This document shows positions 39,274 to 43,963 of a stretch of DNA of 43,963 bases, piece by piece. The notes under the pieces were generated by a model. The model ran no database searches. It was given only the letters and a program-made list of their open reading frames with translations, and was not told the origin of the DNA. Each line of letters opens with the position of its first letter. The stretch's first letter is position 1. A program made the translations under genes and the position numbers. The stretch is taken from NCBI GenBank assembly GCA_017548735.1, contig JAFYZJ010000013.1, positions 1-43,963 on the forward strand. Reading direction: 5' to 3'. The stretch comes from Candidatus Saccharimonadota bacterium. GTDB lineage: Bacteria > Patescibacteriota > Saccharimonadia > Saccharimonadales > Saccharimonadaceae.

Positions 39274-40872
39274 TTATTCCTTTTCTTCGATGCCCTGGTT
39301 GTAGTCGCTGCGGAAATGCTTGAGCGTGTTATGAACGTCAGTTTCGTGCTTGATGCCTGGATTCAAAATGCCGTTCGGATCGAAGATTTCCTTGATACGG
39401 CGATAGAGGTCGAGCGTACGTTCATCTTCAAATTTCTTAGCAAAAATCGCCATGAAGCGCCCCTCTGGCGCCTCGCCGCATGGGTAGCCTTCGACGGACG
39501 AAATGAGCTTCAGATAAGAAGTAAGGAAGCGAATAATCTCCTTGCGCCCTTCGGCTGTAGACGGTTTGAAGCTCGGGCGGACCGAGAAGGTATTGAAGTC
39601 GGCCGAGCCAAAGATGGCAAGCTTGAGTTTTAGCTCCTTCGAAAGGTCATTGAGTTTATTGAAGAATTCGACCTGGTTGGCTGGCGGAATATAGACGCCA
39701 TCCACGAGCGGCAAATGATAAGAGCCGGCAGCGCTATCGTTCAAATAGGCGTCGAGGATACGGTCGAGCTCGATAAAGTCGCGCTCATTGCTCTCGTCCT
39801 GGCGAATAATCGAAATGCTATCCGGCAAGACACGACGAAGCTTAGCAAACTTGCGCTTGCGATCGCGGAGCGAATCGTCCTTGGCGTTCGCAACTACGAG
39901 GAAGCCATCGTCGGAAACCTTGCGGAAGAAGCGGCTGAATTTTCCAGTCGTTTCGACTTCATTAAACAGTTCAGTGTCATAAACGATAATATCCGTGAAA
40001 CGAAGGCGTTTGAGTTCCGTGCAGACAGTTTTGTAAATCGTGGCAGTCTTGCATGGGATTGCTACATAATCTGGGCTTTCAAAGACCGGCTCGACGCGCA
40101 AAATCACCTCGGAAACAATGCCGAGCGTACCTTCAGAACCGCAGATGAGCGGCACGAGGCTGAAGCTATGTTTCTGCTTTACGATGCCGAGACCAGAGTA
40201 ACCGAAACGATTGAGTTTGTTGTCGATAATCTTACCGACCGAATCGCTTTCCTCTTCAATCAAATCCGCAACTTTCGCATAAATTTCATTTTCAAACTTG
40301 TCGCCAACCGTCATGCGGCGTGCAAAATGATGCGACAGAGGACGAAATTCCGCCACACTGCCATCACTCAAAACGACCTCGACGCGGTCGATAAAGTCGC
40401 TAATTGTGCCTGGATCAGTATTATTGCTGGCGCTTGCCGCTTTTGCAATCAGGCCGCCAATCGTTTCGAATGGGTTACCCATGACTGGCAAATCGAGGCC
40501 ACAAAGACTGAGAGCTTTCTTGAGCTCGCCAAGGCGCACGCCACACTGGACGCGCACGAGGCGCTGGCGAATATCTACTTCCTGAATCGCATTCATGCGC
40601 TCGGTCGACACGACGATGCCGCTGCCAATATCTGAGCCGGTCTTACTGTGGCCGGAGCCACGCATAGTAATTGGGAGATTGATCTTCTTCTGATGTAATT
40701 GATGCGAAAAACGCACGAGGCGGCGCAAGTCCATCGTATTTTCCGGCAAAGCCACCACGCGCGGATGAATTTTGAGAAGCGAGCGGTCGGTCGCGTAATC
40801 ATCCAAAATACCCGGCGCCGAATAAACAACACCGTCCAAACATTTGTTCAGATAGATCGCAATGCGATTCAT
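39274..40872 (-). CDS. FAD-binding oxidoreductase (GlcD / D-lactate dehydrogenase-like, FAD_binding_4 fold)
   Basis: HPRVVALPENTMDLRRLVRFS...ITMRGSGHSKTGSDIGSGIVVSTERMN matches the PCMH-type FAD-binding domain pattern. Confidence 0.75.
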   Translation of the reverse strand: MNRIAIYLNKCLDGVVYSAPGILDDYATDRSLLKIHPRVVALPENTMDLRRLVRFSHQLHQKKINLPITMRGSGHSKTGSDIGSGIVVSTERMNAIQEVDIRQRLVRVQCGVRLGELKKALSLCGLDLPVMGNPFETIGGLIAKAASASNNTDPGTISDFIDRVEVVLSDGSVAEFRPLSHHFARRMTVGDKFENEIYAKVADLIEEESDSVGKIIDNKLNRFGYSGLGIVKQKHSFSLVPLICGSEGTLGIVSEVILRVEPVFESPDYVAIPCKTATIYKTVCTELKRLRFTDIIVYDTELFNEVETTGKFSRFFRKVSDDGFLVVANAKDDSLRDRKRKFAKLRRVLPDSISIIRQDESNERDFIELDRILDAYLNDSAAGSYHLPLVDGVYIPPANQVEFFNKLNDLSKELKLKLAIFGSADFNTFSVRPSFKPSTAEGRKEIIRFLTSYLKLISSVEGYPCGEAPEGRFMAIFAKKFEDERTLDLYRRIKEIFDPNGILNPGIKHETDVHNTLKHFRSDYNQGIEEKE

Positions 40873-40951
40873 AAACCACCCTTCAACATCTGTAATTTAT
40901 TTTAGCATAACTATTATGATTTTTGCCGGCTTTTTGCTATAATTTTGACAT

Positions 40952-41035
40952 GCCCGAGTGGTGAAATTGGTATACACGTATGCCTTAGGAGCATATGCCT
41001 TCGGCGTGCTGGTTCGAGTCCAGTCTCGGGCACCA
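40952..41035 (+). tRNA. tRNA-Leu (anticodon UAG), class II with a long variable arm, CCA encoded
   Basis: GCCCGAGTGGTGAAATTGGTATACACGTATGCCTTAGGAGCATATGCCTTCGGCGTGCTGGTTCGAGTCCAGTCTCGGGCACCA. An extended -10, TGcTATAAT (40935-40943), lies upstream. Confidence 0.9.
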
Positions 41036-41137
41036 AGATGAAATTAAGTCCTCTTTGAGGTCTTTTTTCATCTGCTCATATAATATTGCCCTAGTATAGA
41101 AATCGGTTATACTTAAAATAACTAATAGGAGATCGCC

Positions 41138-41551
41138 ATGATCAAAAATCCATCAGCAAAGATTAACTTCTCTGATAAAGACAAGACAATCATGCTCACA
41201 AATCACAATTATTATGTCCGCACTGCCATCGCCACACTTGCGGATATTTTCTTAACTTGGATCAAGATGGCTTTCATTACAATCGGCATCATTCTCTTAA
41301 CCCTATTTATCCTCTACTTACAGAGAGATAAGATGGGCAGATACGGCGAACAGTACATGATGTACTTCATCTATTTCTGCATCGCTCTCGTCATTTTAAT
41401 GACGATTATCTTCCTCATTTATGTCATCGTTAAAATTGGCCGCATTTCTACAATGCGCAAAGCCGTCAATCGCATCGAAAGCAAGATTATCGATAATTGC
41501 ACGGTCGCTGAGCCAAAAGACGAAGAGAAAAGCGTTTTAGACGAAGAATAA
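41138..41551 (+). CDS. small membrane protein, hypothetical
   Basis: 137 aa with two long TM helices, a TAGGAG RBS and a terminator downstream. Confidence 0.6.
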   Translation: MIKNPSAKINFSDKDKTIMLTNHNYYVRTAIATLADIFLTWIKMAFITIGIILLTLFILYLQRDKMGRYGEQYMMYFIYFCIALVILMTIIFLIYVIVKIGRISTMRKAVNRIESKIIDNCTVAEPKDEEKSVLDEE

Positions 41552-41561
41552 TTCCGCCAAC

Positions 41562-41590
41562 AAAAAGCCGGGCTTTATTGCCCGGTTTTT
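41562..41590. terminator. bidirectional intrinsic terminator
   Basis: GCCGGGC / GCCCGGT stem flanked by AAAAA and TTTTT. Confidence 0.65.
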
Positions 41591-41592
41591 GA

Positions 41593-42354
41593 TTAGATAC
41601 AAGTATAACCGCCGTCGACTGGCAAGATTGCACCAGTGACGTAGCGCGCCTCATCGGATGCGAGGAAGACTGCGGCAGCATCGAGCTCACCCGGCTTGCC
41701 ATAGCGCTGCATTGGAACATGAGTCTTGGCAAATGCCTGGAAGCTTTCCGTATCAAGCACGGCTTTCGTGAGCTCAGTCTCGAAGTAGCCTGGGCAGATT
41801 GCATTGCAAGTAATACCGTCAGTTGCGAGCTCAGCGGCCACGGCGCGCGTAAAGTTCACGACAGCGCCCTTTGAGGCGTGGTAAGCGACTGTATGAATCT
41901 CGGTATTGCCAACGAGGCCATACATCGAAGCGATGTTGATAATGCGGCCATACTTATTCTTCTGCATGATGCGCGCGAAGGCGCGAGTCATCTTGAAGAC
42001 ACTCGTTTCGTCGGTGGCGATGGTGAAATCCCATTCTTCGTCAGTCATGTCGACGACGCCTTTATCTTTGGAGGAACCGGCGCAGTTGAGTAAGATATCA
42101 ACCTTGCCAAATTCTTTTTCGGCAGCCTCAGCAGCGGCATTAATGTCATCAGTGGAGGTGACGTCGCACTTCACTGGCAAAACCTTTACTTTGAATTCCT
42201 TGCGCAATTTTTCGGCAAATTCCTCGAGACGCTCAACGCGGCGAGCGAGAATTACGAGATCAGCACCCTGACGAGCAAAGGCAGTCGCCATTTGAACGCC
42301 GAGGCCGGAGCTGGCACCGGTCACAACTGCTACTTTTCCAGACAAATCAAACAT
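41593..42354 (-). CDS. SDR-family oxidoreductase (FabG / gluconate 5-dehydrogenase-like)
   Basis: TGASSGLG cofactor motif, YHASKGAV catalytic YxxxK and NAICPG. ATG at 42354 follows GGAGGA. Confidence 0.85.
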   Translation of the reverse strand: MFDLSGKVAVVTGASSGLGVQMATAFARQGADLVILARRVERLEEFAEKLRKEFKVKVLPVKCDVTSTDDINAAAEAAEKEFGKVDILLNCAGSSKDKGVVDMTDEEWDFTIATDETSVFKMTRAFARIMQKNKYGRIINIASMYGLVGNTEIHTVAYHASKGAVVNFTRAVAAELATDGITCNAICPGYFETELTKAVLDTESFQAFAKTHVPMQRYGKPGELDAAAVFLASDEARYVTGAILPVDGGYTCI

Positions 42355-42405
42355 TGTTCCTCCATTTTTTTTAACTCTTTTCAGTATAGCCCAATTCTCG
42401 CTAAT

Positions 42406-42434
42406 TTGCAAGCCGCGGCGCCCTGCTTTACAAT
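42406..42434 (+). promoter_or_regulatory. promoter; downstream gene probably leaderless
   Basis: TTGCAA (42406-42411), a 17-nt spacer, then TACAAT (42429-42434). The ATG at 42441 lies 6 nt after the -10. Confidence 0.55.
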
Positions 42435-42440
42435 AGAATT

Positions 42441-43127
42441 ATGAGCAGTTCAAAGAAATATCTTATCCCAATTATTACTTTAATTGCACTAGCCGCAAGC
42501 TACTTCTGCGGATGGTTCATCGCGAGCAATCAAGGCTTGCCGAATCTACCAAAACCAGAAGTCTCCGAAGGCCAACGCGGCGAACTTGGCATCGACAAAA
42601 ACATCAATGAATCTAATATCGACAAATACCTCGGTCGCAGCGACTCCGTCTATCGCGACATGCGCATGCTCGAGGATCCAGCCAATTACGAAGCAATCGG
42701 TGGCGACCGCTATCTTTCCGGCCTAATCAAAGGCTTCGAGGTCGTTCCGCTCCCATACCTCGTGAACGTCGATTTGCCACCGGAAGTCGGCAAAACTTAC
42801 ATCGGCACCACGCTTTTCACGCGCGACGCAGGTGGCAAGCTCACCGCTAATTACGACGAGTCGCTTCAAATCCTCAAAGATCTCTTCCCGCAGGACAAAA
42901 TCATCTTCTTGATGTGCGGCGGCGGCGGTTATGCCGGCATGACTAAGCAGCTCCTCGTCGACCTCGGCTGGAACGGCAACAATATCTACAACGTCGGCGG
43001 CCACTGGTATTACGAAGGCAAGAATAACATCGAGACAATCACGCAGGACGACAACGGCGTGAAGAAATTCGCCTTCTGGAAAATCCCATACCACGATATT
43101 GACTTTTCGAAGTTAACCAAGAAATGA
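42441..43127 (+). CDS. membrane-anchored rhodanese-like domain protein
   Basis: N-terminal TM helix. The C-terminal IIFLMCGGGGYAGMTKQLLVDLGW..IYNVGGHW resembles the rhodanese active-site loop and C-terminal motif. Confidence 0.5.
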   Translation: MSSSKKYLIPIITLIALAASYFCGWFIASNQGLPNLPKPEVSEGQRGELGIDKNINESNIDKYLGRSDSVYRDMRMLEDPANYEAIGGDRYLSGLIKGFEVVPLPYLVNVDLPPEVGKTYIGTTLFTRDAGGKLTANYDESLQILKDLFPQDKIIFLMCGGGGYAGMTKQLLVDLGWNGNNIYNVGGHWYYEGKNNIETITQDDNGVKKFAFWKIPYHDIDFSKLTKK

Positions 43128-43597
43128 AACGCAAACACATCGTCATTATTGCAACTTCGCTGACCTTGTTTTTCGCAGCTGCGGCAACCATTGCTCTACT
43201 CATCCCGTCACTCACGAGCAAGCAATTTCGTCTCGAAGACGAGTATTACGGCGAAAGCGAATCAATGTTAATCGACAAAGACGAATATGAGCGGCTCATC
43301 AGCGAAAAGAAGTCTTTTATCGTGATGATCGACAAGCCGGGCTGTCTCAAAACCGCCGAAATGAGCGTCAGTCTATCCGGTTTCCCGGACGACATGCAAT
43401 TCAAGTATTACCATCTCTACTGGGACGAGGCGAAGGAGAGCTCACTCCATGAAAAAGTCAAATACACGCCATCAGTCGCCCTGATTCACGAGGGCGAAGT
43501 CGTTGATTGGCTCGATGCCGACGCAAAAGAAGACGAGCCGCTTTATAACGATTCAAAAGCGCTCCAGGACTGGATTCGCGAATATATTCTCTTCTAG
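43124..43597 (+). CDS. membrane-anchored thioredoxin-fold protein with a single Cys
   Basis: N-terminal TM helix. FIVMIDKPGCLKT sits where the CxxC of a thioredoxin-like fold would be, and YTPSVALIHEGEV is a cis-Pro-loop-like segment. ATGA overlap with the upstream gene. Confidence 0.5.
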   Translation: MKRKHIVIIATSLTLFFAAAATIALLIPSLTSKQFRLEDEYYGESESMLIDKDEYERLISEKKSFIVMIDKPGCLKTAEMSVSLSGFPDDMQFKYYHLYWDEAKESSLHEKVKYTPSVALIHEGEVVDWLDADAKEDEPLYNDSKALQDWIREYILF

Positions 43598-43963
43598 AGT
43601 TTTTGATACATTTTGATGTGAGCTGCGGCATAGCTTTTGTCGCTAAAGAGGCTTAGGCCCCGGAATTCCCACGGTGCCGGCGATTCTGGGTGCGAAAGCA
43701 CGAAAATCCCGCCATGCTTGAGAGATTTTAGAATTTCCTCAATGTATTCGTATTGCGGATTATCGTAAGGCGGATCGGCAAAAATGATGTCGTATTCTTT
43801 TTGGAGTTTGCGCACGATTTTGCCCTGCGCTTCGAGCTTGAATTTTGCCACGTTGGCCTTGATGACTTTTGCAGCCTTCTGATTGTTCTCGAGAAAATCT
43901 ACACTATCGGCACCAAGCGACAAAGCCTCGAGACCAATCGCGCCACTACCGGCAAATGCATCA
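43594..43963 (-). CDS. rsmD: 16S rRNA (guanine966-N2)-methyltransferase RsmD-like, partial (N-terminus beyond the window end)
   Basis: DAFAGSGAIGLEALSLGA (SAM motif I) and FADPPY (motif IV). The frame stays open to the window edge. Confidence 0.8.
   Translation of the reverse strand, partial: DAFAGSGAIGLEALSLGADSVDFLENNQKAAKVIKANVAKFKLEAQGKIVRKLQKEYDIIFADPPYDNPQYEYIEEILKSLKHGGIFVLSHPESPAPWEFRGLSLFSDKSYAAAHIKMYQKL

Overview
Gene-dense chromosomal window with about 55 supported CDS and 3 tRNAs. No rRNA, CRISPR array, integrase or transposase was seen. All homology calls are by-eye motif recognition; no searches were run.

Housekeeping content:
- secE-nusG, rplK, cdsA, rplA, rpmG, trxA-trxB, frr, parA-parB, tig and a partial rsmD.
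- A GT35 alpha-glucan phosphorylase.
- A wall-glycopolymer cluster: LicD, cytidylyltransferase, acyltransferase-3 and LCP.
- A long minus-strand peptidoglycan operon: MurF-like ligase, alpha/beta hydrolase, two FemAB paralogs, a membrane protein and a short Mur-ligase-like protein, running on into parA-parB-frr.

The reduced, Gram-positive-type envelope repertoire and the many orphan small proteins resemble Patescibacteria/Saccharibacteria. This is inference only.

Main candidate for a novel system: a roughly 7.6-kb accessory block (about 6290-13941) splits the normally contiguous secE-nusG / rplK-rplA cluster.
- Its core is a translationally coupled four-gene operon (8179-12635): a possible kinase-fold protein, a vWA/MIDAS protein, a divergent adenylosuccinate-synthetase (PurA)-like enzyme, and an HhH-like protein of unknown function.
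- A divergently transcribed P-loop kinase-CYTH fusion and a convergent Pol-beta nucleotidyltransferase flank it.
- I read this as a candidate nucleotide-centred signalling or conflict system that matches no named system I know.

Other notable points:
- Three tandem small-protein cassettes, two of which share a duplicated consensus promoter/operator module (36538-37856).
- Two orphan genes with a shared structured 5' leader motif (644-2125).
- Recurrent leaderless gene starts (TATAAT, then 6-8 nt, then ATG).
- Lys/Glu-rich extensions on SecE and L1.
- An Erm-like methyltransferase that has only the catalytic domain.
- cdsA lying between rplK and rplA.
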